Shown: positions 1 to 8,836, counted from the stretch's first letter. The stretch is DNA of 48,144 bases from Candidatus Woesearchaeota archaeon (GCA_964417865.1 CAYQJI010000002.1:238-48381); one strand, 5' to 3'. A program made the numbers and translations. The notes: generated by a model not told the origin, from the letters alone.

Positions 1-846
1 ATTCATCCAACTACATTAGAAGACATTCTTTCAGAACAAACTTCTTTTAAATATGAGGATTTAGAAGATTATAAAGTAATAATTTTTAAAATGATCAAAA
101 ATATAGAGAATTTTAATGTTCTTACTTATAATATTTCTTTCATAAAAGGTAAGAATTTTATTATCTCTTTTTCAAATGAAGAAGAAACTTTTTTATCTGA
201 TTTAACTAAAAATGAAAAACAGATTAAATTTCTTCTAACTAAAGGAGAGTCTTATATTTTGCATGAGATATTAGATAAAACTGTGGATTATTATTTAAGA
301 ATAAAAATAAAAACTAATGAGGAATTTCAAAAATTAGAAAAAGAATCCTTAAATCTTTATGAAAAAGATTTTTTATCTAAGCTCTACCAATGGGAAAATC
401 TCTTTATAGAACTAAGACATTTATCAGAATCTATCACAGATTTATGTTTGACTTTATTAAAACCTAATCAACAAGAAAAAGAGTTAATCCCTTACTTCCA
501 AGATATTTATGATCATGCTTTAAGAACAAAAGAAGGTTATGAATCCATTTTAAAAAGAATTGACGGCCTTGAAGAATGGTATGCAACTATGACAAACCTT
601 AGGACAAACGAAATTATAAGCTATCTAACTGTCTTAACCGCAATTATGATGCCATTAACGATTATCCCAGGAATTTACGGGATGAATATTCCACTTCCAT
701 TTCAAAACAGCAAATTTTCTTTTTTAATAATCTCAGGAATTATGGTCTTATTAACATTGTTAATGATTATCTTATCAATAAAATCAGGATGGATAGATTT
801 TAAAATTAAAAAAATTGTTAAGAATCAAAAAATAAAACTTGCATAA
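1..846 (+). CDS. corA: CorA-family Mg2+/Co2+ transporter, 5'-partial (the reading frame is open from base 1)
   Basis: Frame 1 is open from nt 1 (IHPTTLEDILSEQ..., matching the conserved CorA HP-x-LED motif) and continuous with ORF 91..846. The C-terminus has two TM helices with the signature YGMNIPLPF (GMN motif). Confidence 0.85.
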   Translation: MHPTTLEDILSEQTSFKYEDLEDYKVIIFKMIKNIENFNVLTYNISFIKGKNFIISFSNEEETFLSDLTKNEKQIKFLLTKGESYILHEILDKTVDYYLRIKIKTNEEFQKLEKESLNLYEKDFLSKLYQWENLFIELRHLSESITDLCLTLLKPNQQEKELIPYFQDIYDHALRTKEGYESILKRIDGLEEWYATMTNLRTNEIISYLTVLTAIMMPLTIIPGIYGMNIPLPFQNSKFSFLIISGIMVLLTLLMIILSIKSGWIDFKIKKIVKNQKIKLA

Positions 847-1643
847 CCAACAACAGAATCTTTACTTCCTATAATATCTCCTGAATTCTTGTAGTTTATT
901 AAAATAGGTTTATAATTAAAAGATTTACATATTCTAATTGTTAATATTAAAGGATAAAATCCACATGCAACATTTTTTTGATTTAAAAAATATCCTTCAT
1001 CAAGCTCTTTTATTTTTTCATTTGTTTTAAGATCTTTTTGTTTTGCTTTTTCTTAGTCTAAAAAATGAGATAAATCTGTTGAACAAATCAACAAAAAATT
1101 TTCTCCTAAACCTCCTAATTCTTTAATTATTTTTTTTAAATATTCTTCTTCTTTATTAGTGAAATCATTAACAACTAAAGGGAGGATTTCTTTAAATGAT
1201 AAAAATTGAATAAAGGGAATTTGATTATCTATAGAATGTTCTTTTTTTATATCAATCTTTTCAAAATTATTTTTTATTATTCTTATTTTTCCTAAAGGAG
1301 TCTTCCAATATTCTTTATTATAGGAATAAATACCTTTTTTATAAAAATAATGATTTGTACCTAAAATTATTGCTTTTTTTTCTTTTTTTATAGATTTTTC
1401 TTTTTGATTTTTTTCTTTTAAATTTCCTAAAAAATAAAAAGCATCAGATATAACCTGTCCGCAAAATAAATATCCCGCATGTGGAACTATCAAACCATGA
1501 ATTTCATTAAAATTTTTTAATTGTCTTAATTCTGTATCTTCTAAAATTCTTATTGTCTTTAATTTTTCTTCAGAATTTTGAAACAAATTTTTTAGATAAA
1601 GATTTAATTCTTTTTTGTTATTTGGATACCATTCTGTTTCCAT
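825..1643 (-). CDS. amrB: AmmeMemoRadiSam system protein B (Memo-like), interrupted by one in-frame TAA at 1053..1055. It is either a pseudogene, a read-through gene or a sequence error.
   Basis: The N-terminal part (1056..1643) has VPHAGYLFCG and STDLSH motifs. Directly after the TAA the same frame stays open for 75 codons (EKAKQKD...NVACGFYP...YKNSGDIIGSKDSVVGYASFIF, stop TGA at 825..827), which is the expected Memo C-terminus. Total length is 272 codons, normal for the family. Confidence 0.75.
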
Positions 1644-1679
1644 AACAAAATATTAAAATTTCTTTTATTTATAATAATT

Positions 1680-2561
1680 ATGAAAAAGGCTTTTTTATTT
1701 AAAATATTAGAAAATAAAAAAGTTCAATGTTTAAATTGCAATCACAAATGCATATTGAAAAAGAATTCTTTTGGCATATGCGGAGTTAGAAAAAATATAA
1801 ATGGTATTTTATACAATTTAATCTATAATAAAATAATTTCAGAAGCAATAGACCCAATAGAAAAAAAACCAATCTATCATTTTTTACCAAACTCAAAAAC
1901 TTATTCTATTTCTTGTGTTGGTTGCAATTTTAAATGTCCTTGGTGTCAAAATTTTGAAATAAGCCAAATCTCAAAAAAAGGATTTTTAATAGGAACGCCA
2001 AGAAAAAAAGAGGATATAATAAAAAACGCATTAAAATATAATTGTGTAAGTATTTCTTATACTTATACAGAACCAGCAGTTTGGTCAGAATTTATTTATG
2101 AAGTTTCTTTAATCGCTAAAAAAAATAATCTTAAAAATATTTGGGTGACAAATGGATATTTTTCAAACGAGTGTTTAAATTATTTTATAAAAAAAAATTT
2201 AATTGATGCCATGAATATAGATTTAAAATCTTTTAATAAAAAAACTTATAATAAATATTGCGGTGCAGATCTTAACAAAGTTATTTCTTCAATAGAAGAA
2301 GCTTATTCCAAAAGAATTCATATTGAAATAACAACTTTAATAATCCCAGGAATTAATGATAACTTAGAAGAAATGAATAAATTATCAAAATTCATTTTTA
2401 ATTTAGATAAAAAAGGGGAAATTCCTTGGCACATCTCTCGTTTTTTTCCTGCTTATAATATGATTAATAAGGATATAACTCCGATAAAAACCTTAGAAAA
2501 GATTAAAGAGATAGGAATAAAAAATAAACTGAAATATATTTATATTGGGAATATATTTTAA
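1680..2561 (+). CDS. amrS: AmmeMemoRadiSam system radical SAM enzyme
   Basis: CxxxCxxC radical SAM cluster motif (CVGCNFKCPWCQN) and an N-terminal Cys cluster (CLNCNHKC...GICGVRKN) typical of this PflA-like subfamily. It is divergently adjacent to the Memo-like gene and followed by AMMECR1. Confidence 0.8.
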   Translation: MKKAFLFKILENKKVQCLNCNHKCILKKNSFGICGVRKNINGILYNLIYNKIISEAIDPIEKKPIYHFLPNSKTYSISCVGCNFKCPWCQNFEISQISKKGFLIGTPRKKEDIIKNALKYNCVSISYTYTEPAVWSEFIYEVSLIAKKNNLKNIWVTNGYFSNECLNYFIKKNLIDAMNIDLKSFNKKTYNKYCGADLNKVISSIEEAYSKRIHIEITTLIIPGINDNLEEMNKLSKFIFNLDKKGEIPWHISRFFPAYNMINKDITPIKTLEKIKEIGIKNKLKYIYIGNIF

Positions 2562-2569
2562 ATACAAAC

Positions 2570-3109
2570 ATGGAAAAAGAATTAATTAATTTATCAAGAA
2601 ATGCAATTTTTTCTTATCTAGAAAATAAACCTCTTAACATTGATAACAAAATAAAAGAAAAATTTTTTGAAAAGAAATCTTGTTTTGTTACATTAACAAT
2701 AGACGGAGAATTAAGGGGTTGTATAGGTTCATTAATCCCAACAAAACCTCTTTGGAAAGAAATTATAGAAAATTCAATTAATGCCGCTTTTAATGATTTT
2801 AGATTTTTTCCATTGTCCAAAAAAGAATTTCCAAAAATAAAAATAGAAATTTCAATACTCTCACAACTTAGAAAAATTGAATACAACTCTTTTGATGAAT
2901 TATTCCAAAAAATAAAAAATAAAGGGATTTTTATTAAATATAAAGAATTTTCCGCTACTTATCTTCCTCAAGTTTGGGATGAAATCAAAAATCCAGAACA
3001 TTTTTTATCTTCATTATCTAATAAAGCAGGACTATCATCAAATTTTTGGAAAAATAATCCTCCTGAAATAGAAATTTTTATTTATAATGTTAAAATAATT
3101 AAAGAATAA
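2570..3109 (+). CDS. amrA: AMMECR1-domain protein (AmmeMemoRadiSam system protein A)
   Basis: LRGCIGS motif, about 180 aa, and its position directly after the radical SAM partner. Confidence 0.8.
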   Translation: MEKELINLSRNAIFSYLENKPLNIDNKIKEKFFEKKSCFVTLTIDGELRGCIGSLIPTKPLWKEIIENSINAAFNDFRFFPLSKKEFPKIKIEISILSQLRKIEYNSFDELFQKIKNKGIFIKYKEFSATYLPQVWDEIKNPEHFLSSLSNKAGLSSNFWKNNPPEIEIFIYNVKIIKE

Positions 3110-3183
3110 CTAACTTTAAGTTAATTTTATATACCCCTTGATGTTAATTAATATAATACCAGAAAAATAAAGAGGGATTATGG

Positions 3184-4668
3184 ATGAGCTCTGAAACAAA
3201 GAGAAACAATTCTGTAATAAAAAGCTTATTAACTAGTTTAAACTCTCACCAAAAGGCTTATGTTAATTTAAATTTGAAAAGTCCTTTAAATGGGGAATAT
3301 TTACTTTGTATTTTTCATCTTATCCCAAACAAAAACTTAAATATTTTTCAAGCAGCAGCAGAAGTTGCAGCGGAATCTTCTACAGGAACAAATTTTAAGG
3401 TAAAAACAGAAACAAAATTTTCAAGGGAACTTAATGCAAGAGTTTATCAAGTGGATTTAGAAAGAAATTTAGTTTGGATTGCATATCCGTGGAGATTATT
3501 TGACAGAAAGGGAAATATCCAGAATATTCTAACTTATATTGTGGGGAATATATTAGGAATGAAAGAGATTATTGCTTTAAAGCTTTTAGATGTCTGGTTT
3601 CCTCCAGCTATGTTGGAACAATATGATGGGCCTTCTTATACTTTAGATGATATGAGAAAATATCTTAATGTTTATAATAGGCCTATTTTAGGAACAATAA
3701 TAAAACCCAAAATGGGATTAACTGCTTCTGAATATGCTGAGGTTTGTTATGATTTTTGGGTTGGAGGGGGAGATTTTGTAAAAAATGATGAACCCCAAGC
3801 TGACCAAGATTTTTGTCCTTATGAAAAAATGGTTTTTTATGTTAAAAAAGCAATGGATAAAGCAGTTAAAGAAACAGGAAAAAAGAAAGTTCATTCTTTT
3901 AATGTTTCTTCAGCTGACTTTGATGAGATGATTAGAAGATGTGAATTAATAAGAAATGCAGGTTTTGAAAAAGGAAGTTACGCTTTTTTAATTGATGGAA
4001 TTACTGCTGGTTGGATGGCTTTGCAAACATTAAGAAGAAGATATCCTGATGTTTTTATTCATTTTCATAGAGCTTCACACGGGGCTTATACAAGACCTGA
4101 AAACCCTATAGGTTTTTCTGTTTTAATACTAAGCAAATTTGCAAGACTTGCAGGTGCTTCTGGAATTCACACTGGCACAGCAGGTGTAGGAAAAATGAAA
4201 GGTTCTCCTGAAGAAGATATTGTTGCAGCAAAAAACATATTAAATTTAAGCTCAAAAGGCCATTTTTTTGAACAGAACTGGGGAAAGATTCCTGAGAAAG
4301 ATAAAGACCTCATAAAATTAGTCCATGAAGATTCTATTCATCACTTAATATTACAAGATGATTCTTGGAGAGGAATAAAAAAATGTTGCCCAATCATCTC
4401 TGGAGGATTGAATCCTACTTTGTTAAAACCTTTTATAGATATTATGGGAGGTATTGATTTTATAACAACAATGGGAGCAGGAGTTCATGCTCATCCAAAA
4501 GGAACGAGAGCAGGAGCAACAGCTTTAGTTCAGGCATGCGAAGCTTATCAAAAGAAGATAGATATTCACGATTATGCAAAATCTCATAAAGAATTGAAAG
4601 AAGCTATAGAATTTTTTGAAAAAAATAAAAAAAATATTAACGAATCCATTAAATCAGAAAGAGCCTAA
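3184..4668 (+). CDS. rbcL: Ribulose-1,5-bisphosphate carboxylase/oxygenase large subunit, archaeal form III or II/III-like
   Basis: Catalytic motifs are all present: GTIIKPKMGL, GGDFVKNDEPQ (carbamylated-Lys motif), IHFHRASHG, GIHTGTAG, IISGGLNP and GAGVHAHP. A GA-rich RBS (agaggga) lies 7 nt upstream of the ATG. Confidence 0.9.
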   Translation: MSSETKRNNSVIKSLLTSLNSHQKAYVNLNLKSPLNGEYLLCIFHLIPNKNLNIFQAAAEVAAESSTGTNFKVKTETKFSRELNARVYQVDLERNLVWIAYPWRLFDRKGNIQNILTYIVGNILGMKEIIALKLLDVWFPPAMLEQYDGPSYTLDDMRKYLNVYNRPILGTIIKPKMGLTASEYAEVCYDFWVGGGDFVKNDEPQADQDFCPYEKMVFYVKKAMDKAVKETGKKKVHSFNVSSADFDEMIRRCELIRNAGFEKGSYAFLIDGITAGWMALQTLRRRYPDVFIHFHRASHGAYTRPENPIGFSVLILSKFARLAGASGIHTGTAGVGKMKGSPEEDIVAAKNILNLSSKGHFFEQNWGKIPEKDKDLIKLVHEDSIHHLILQDDSWRGIKKCCPIISGGLNPTLLKPFIDIMGGIDFITTMGAGVHAHPKGTRAGATALVQACEAYQKKIDIHDYAKSHKELKEAIEFFEKNKKNINESIKSERA

Positions 4669-4683
4669 AAACTTGAAAGATTT

Positions 4684-5340
4684 TTAAAAAGACATTATTA
4701 AATTTGATTTTTCTTTATCCCTTTCTCTTTTTTCTTTTAATATCTTTATCAGATAATTTATTCTTAAAACAACTTCTAACATAAAAATAAAAATTAAGGA
4801 ATAGAGTAATTTGTTAAATAAAGAAGGGATTTGTATTATTTTTTCAATTATATTTGAAAGATTAAACCCATTCGGGCTAACTATCAAAATACTTAAAAGA
4901 GATAATGGAATTATTTTAGCAATTTCTTTTGATGTGTTTTCATTAATATAAGATAGAATCCTAACTGCAGCTATTATTGAAGCACATAAAAGAATTATCA
5001 TATTTATTTCTATTCCATTAGATATCACTATTAAAAATAAAGACAAAACAGAAAACCAAAGAATTATAGAAATAGGATAAATTAAAATGAACTCTAAAAA
5101 ATACAAGAATGCATCTAAAAATTTTTTTCCCAAAGAGTATTCGTTTGATTTATACTCGTTTAAATTTAATTCTAAAACATCACGTTTTGAAAGAAATCTA
5201 TAAAAAGACCAAGTAAAAAGCCCATAAAAAAATATTATGATTGTTAATCCAATTAAAAGTATAAAAAATTTTATATCTTCAGGAAGAATATTTGAAATAT
5301 TCAAATAATTTAAATTATTAAACACCTCTACTAAATCCAT
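4684..5340 (-). CDS. Hypothetical polytopic membrane protein
   Basis: 218-aa ORF with about 5-6 hydrophobic helices and a basic C-terminal tail. No recognisable motif. Confidence 0.5.
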   Translation of the reverse strand: MDLVEVFNNLNYLNISNILPEDIKFFILLIGLTIIIFFYGLFTWSFYRFLSKRDVLELNLNEYKSNEYSLGKKFLDAFLYFLEFILIYPISIILWFSVLSLFLIVISNGIEINMIILLCASIIAAVRILSYINENTSKEIAKIIPLSLLSILIVSPNGFNLSNIIEKIIQIPSLFNKLLYSLIFIFMLEVVLRINYLIKILKEKRERDKEKSNLIMSF

Positions 5341-5455
5341 TTAACAATAGAGTTTTAAATCTTTTTAAATTTATTTTGTTGAAATATTAATACAAATCAG
5401 GATAAATTATAATAATTAAAGATAAATTTATATAGAGACCCTTCTGTATTAAATA

Positions 5456-6487
5456 TTGAGAAATAAATTTATTAAAAACAAACTCATGTTCTTTAATCTT
5501 ACAAAAAACAATTTATTAAAATTTTTTTTATCCCTATCTTTATTAATATTAATAATAGAAAGCATCTTTATAATTAGTTTGTTTAAAGAGAATAATCAAT
5601 TAAAAGGAAGTTTAAAAGAGCATTCATATAACTTTTCATTATTATCTCCTAATATTGCATGGATAAAAACTGAAGAATTTTTAGACATCCAAAAAAAATC
5701 CTCTATAAACTATTGGGGACTAAAATCTAAATTTTTAGATGAGATACAAAAAGATATCCCTAAAGAAAATGTTGGAATATATTTTGAAGATTTATTTACA
5801 GGATCTTGGGTAGGAATAAATGAAAAAAATGAATTCTATCCAAGAAGTTTGTTTAAGGTTCCTGTAATGGTAACAATCCTCAAAAAAATAGAGGATGGAG
5901 AGCTTTCCCTTTCTCAAAATGTTATATTAGAGGAGAGGGATATTGATAGTTTATCTGGAGACTTATACAAAAAAGGAGTTGGTTATAAAATATCTGTAAA
6001 AGAATTAATTAATCTAATGATTAAAAATTCTGATAATACTGCTTTAAGAGCGTTAACAAACAATTTTTTAAATGGTGAAGATTATATCATGACAATAAGT
6101 ATGATGGGTTTAATAGACCCTAATTTAAATCAATCAATCTCTCCTAAAGGGTATATGAACATTTTTAGATCTTTATACTATTCAACATACCTTAAAAGAT
6201 CTTTTTCAGAATTGGCTTTATCCATATTAACAGAAACAGATTTTAATTCTCAATTAACTAAAGATATTCCACCATCTGTAAAAGTTTCTCATAAATGGGG
6301 AGAAGATGTTAATTTAGGAATTTATCATGATTGTGGTATCTTTTATATAGAAAATAAGAATTATATGTTGTGTGTTATGACAAAAAATGTTACTAAAGAA
6401 CAAGCAGATAACTTTATTAGTAAAATCTCAAAAATAACTTATGATTATATAACTTCTGCGGATAACTTTGATAATGAACAAGATTAA
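5456..6487 (+). CDS. Membrane-anchored class A beta-lactamase / penicillin-binding-type serine hydrolase-like protein
   Basis: N-terminal TM helix, then SxxK (SLFK), SDN (NSDNTA) and a KxG-like triad (HKWG) in the canonical order and spacing. The track start is TTG, and ATG at 5486 (MFFNLTK...) is an alternative start. Confidence 0.6.
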   Translation: MRNKFIKNKLMFFNLTKNNLLKFFLSLSLLILIIESIFIISLFKENNQLKGSLKEHSYNFSLLSPNIAWIKTEEFLDIQKKSSINYWGLKSKFLDEIQKDIPKENVGIYFEDLFTGSWVGINEKNEFYPRSLFKVPVMVTILKKIEDGELSLSQNVILEERDIDSLSGDLYKKGVGYKISVKELINLMIKNSDNTALRALTNNFLNGEDYIMTISMMGLIDPNLNQSISPKGYMNIFRSLYYSTYLKRSFSELALSILTETDFNSQLTKDIPPSVKVSHKWGEDVNLGIYHDCGIFYIENKNYMLCVMTKNVTKEQADNFISKISKITYDYITSADNFDNEQD

Positions 6488-6601
6488 GATTAATTATTAA
6501 GTAATCTTGGTAAGATGATAGTAGATTAAAAATTTTAAAATAATCAACCTTTTAAATTATTAAATTCTATTACTATATCATAAAATGAACTATACTATAA
6601 A

Positions 6602-7474
6602 ATGAAATCATTAGTCGGCTTTACAAAAGTTTCCAAAAAATTTGGAAAAAAAAGAATAAGAAACTTAGACAATATAGACAAAGAAAAAGAATCTTATTTA
6701 GAACTCTCTGAAAAAATAATAGATAAATCTGATATCATTTTAGAATTATTAGATTCAAGATTTATTAAAGAAACTAGGAATAAAACAATTGAAAAAAAGA
6801 TAAAAGAAAAAAATAAGAGGATAATCTATGTTCTAAACAAAATTGATTTAGTAACCAATAAGGAAAAGTTATACAGGCAAGTTTCTTTTTTATTACCAAG
6901 AGTTTTTGTATCCTGTAAGAATTATAAAGGAATAAACGAGTTAAGACAAAAAATAAAAAATATCTCTAAAAAAATAATTACTGAAAAAACCAATCTAAAC
7001 AAAATAACTGTTGGGGTAATAGGTTATCCAAATACAGGGAAAAGTTCTCTTATCAATATTTTAACAGGTAAAAATTCTTTAGGAGTCAGCCCTAAAGCAG
7101 GATTTACAAAAGGAATAATAAAAATAAATTTAACAAAAGATATAGTACTATTAGACAGCCCTGGGATTATTCCTGACGAAAAATATTCTAATATGAACAA
7201 TGATTTAATGATTGAACAAGCCAAAATTGGTGCTAGAGATTATACTAACTTAAAAAATCCAGATTTATTTGTTCTAAAAATCATGAAAGAATATCCTAAT
7301 CTACTTGAAAAATATTATAATTTAGACACAAAAGAGATTAATGGTGATCCAGAAGCATTAATAACTTCTTTAGGAAGAAAAAAAGGATTTTTAAGAAAAG
7401 GAGGTTTTATAGATGAGGATAAAACAGCAAGATTAATAATCAAAGATTGGCAAGAAGGAAAAATTAAACCATAA
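6602..7474 (+). CDS. Circularly permuted YlqF/RbgA-family (MMR/HSR1) ribosome-biogenesis GTPase
   Basis: G4 (NKIDL) precedes G1 (GYPNTGKSSLIN) and G3 (LDSPG), which is the permuted order characteristic of the family. Confidence 0.75.
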   Translation: MKSLVGFTKVSKKFGKKRIRNLDNIDKEKESYLELSEKIIDKSDIILELLDSRFIKETRNKTIEKKIKEKNKRIIYVLNKIDLVTNKEKLYRQVSFLLPRVFVSCKNYKGINELRQKIKNISKKIITEKTNLNKITVGVIGYPNTGKSSLINILTGKNSLGVSPKAGFTKGIIKINLTKDIVLLDSPGIIPDEKYSNMNNDLMIEQAKIGARDYTNLKNPDLFVLKIMKEYPNLLEKYYNLDTKEINGDPEALITSLGRKKGFLRKGGFIDEDKTARLIIKDWQEGKIKP

Positions 7475-7544
7475 TAAAAATAAAATCAAAAGATTTAAAA
7501 ATAGAATTTATTATCAAAACTTAATTAAAACCATTAAAAACAAA

Positions 7545-7667
7545 ATGGCAAAAGACGAATTTGAAGAAAGTTCAGAAGATGAAGAATTTGAAGAAGAATT
7601 CGATGATGATGAAGACTTTGAAGATGAAGAAGAGGAAGAAGAATCTTCTGATGACGAAGACTGGTAA
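7545..7667 (+). CDS. Small (40 aa) extremely acidic protein ending in Trp (MAKDEFEESSEDEEFEEEFDDDEDFEDEEEEEESSDDEDW)
   Basis: ATG-to-TAA ORF in a 257-nt spacer. An A/T-rich TATA-like element (tttaaaaata) lies about 40 nt upstream, and a long oligo-T tract follows immediately after the stop. It is absent from the ORF track because of its size. Confidence 0.4.
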   Translation: MAKDEFEESSEDEEFEEEFDDDEDFEDEEEEEESSDDEDW

Positions 7668-7731
7668 ATAAATATATATTTTTTATTTTTTTCTTTTTAT
7701 TTTAAACCAGTATTACTTAGATAGAATTAAA

Positions 7732-8628
7732 ATGAAAAAAGGAATTTTATTAATAATCATATTTACTTTCTTATTTCTTTTTATTTTATATTTTTCTCCT
7801 TTTCAACATAAACAATTTAATCTTTTAGGGAATGATAAAGATTCAAATTTTACGTTTAATAGTACTGAAGAATTAAATTTATTTTATCCTAACATGAGAT
7901 TTCCCTTTTCAAATATCTCTTATAAAATTTATAACTGCGAAAAAGATAAAATGCAAGAGGTAATTCAATCTTTCCAAATAATCCAGAACTTATCTGTATT
8001 GAGATTTTATCCTATTGAAAACAAAGAACAAATTTCTATTTTTTGTGAAGAAAAAAAAGAAGATTTTAATCAACTTTATGTTGCAGGGGAGGGAGGGCCA
8101 ACAGAAATAACTGTTTCTGGTGATTTTAAAATTATAAAAAAAGGGGAAATCCATTTAATCAAAAAATCTGATTGTGATAAACCTAATGTTGTAATCCATG
8201 AACTTTTTCATGTATTAGGGTTTAATCATTCAATTAATAAAGAGGATATCATGTATAATGTGACTAATTGTAATCAAAAAATAAATCCATTAGCAATTTC
8301 TTATATAAATGATCTTTATTCAATACCACCACTACCTGACTTAGAAATAAGTAATGTTTCACTTATTGTTCATGGAAGATTTCTTGACTTAAATTCAACA
8401 GTTAAAAATATGGGAATAATTTCATCAAATAATTCAACTTTGTTTATTTATGGGGATGATAAAATTATAGAAACCTTTAATATCGAGGATTTATGCGAAG
8501 GATGTAGTAAAATAATCTCTATAGGAAATGCTTGGATAAATTCTTATAAAGCAGAAAATCTATCTTTAGAAATAAAAACAAATGAAAAAGAATTGAATAA
8601 AGAAAATAATAAAATAAAATTAGATTAG
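7732..8628 (+). CDS. Secreted or membrane-anchored metzincin-type zinc metalloprotease with a C-terminal beta-sandwich (CARDB-like) domain
   Basis: N-terminal hydrophobic signal/anchor, an extended zinc motif HELFHVLGFNH (HExxHxxGxxH), and a C-terminal LEISNVSL...VKNMG segment typical of CARDB-like domains. Confidence 0.65.
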   Translation: MKKGILLIIIFTFLFLFILYFSPFQHKQFNLLGNDKDSNFTFNSTEELNLFYPNMRFPFSNISYKIYNCEKDKMQEVIQSFQIIQNLSVLRFYPIENKEQISIFCEEKKEDFNQLYVAGEGGPTEITVSGDFKIIKKGEIHLIKKSDCDKPNVVIHELFHVLGFNHSINKEDIMYNVTNCNQKINPLAISYINDLYSIPPLPDLEISNVSLIVHGRFLDLNSTVKNMGIISSNNSTLFIYGDDKIIETFNIEDLCEGCSKIISIGNAWINSYKAENLSLEIKTNEKELNKENNKIKLD

Positions 8629-8765
8629 TCAGTCATCGAGCTCTAATTCCTCGATTATATTATCTATATCATCTTCTGGAATTTCTTCCATTTTATTACC
8701 TCTCTTTATAACTTTATTACATTTCTGGTATTTTTAAATTTTTATATAAAAAAGAATTCATTAAA

Positions 8766-8836
8766 TCCCCTCACCAAGAATCGAACTTGGATACGCCGGT
8801 CTACAGCCGACTGCATTACCATTATGCTATGAGGGG
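8766..8836 (-). tRNA. tRNA-Tyr (anticodon GTA)
   Basis: The reverse complement folds as CCCCTCA TA GCAT AATGGTA ATGC A GTCGG CTGTAGA CCGGC GTAT CCAAG TTCGATT CTTGG TGAGGGG A. The C1:G72 pair is the archaeal/eukaryal Tyr identity pair. No intron and no encoded CCA. Confidence 0.9.

Noticed and set aside
8629-8691. 20-aa acidic mini-ORF on the minus strand (MEEIPEDDIDNIIEELELDD) abutting the metzincin stop codon
   Set aside because: It is too short to support, has no RBS or promoter signal, and could arise by chance. I noted it only because a second acidic mini-ORF (7545..7667) lies on the other side of the same gene.
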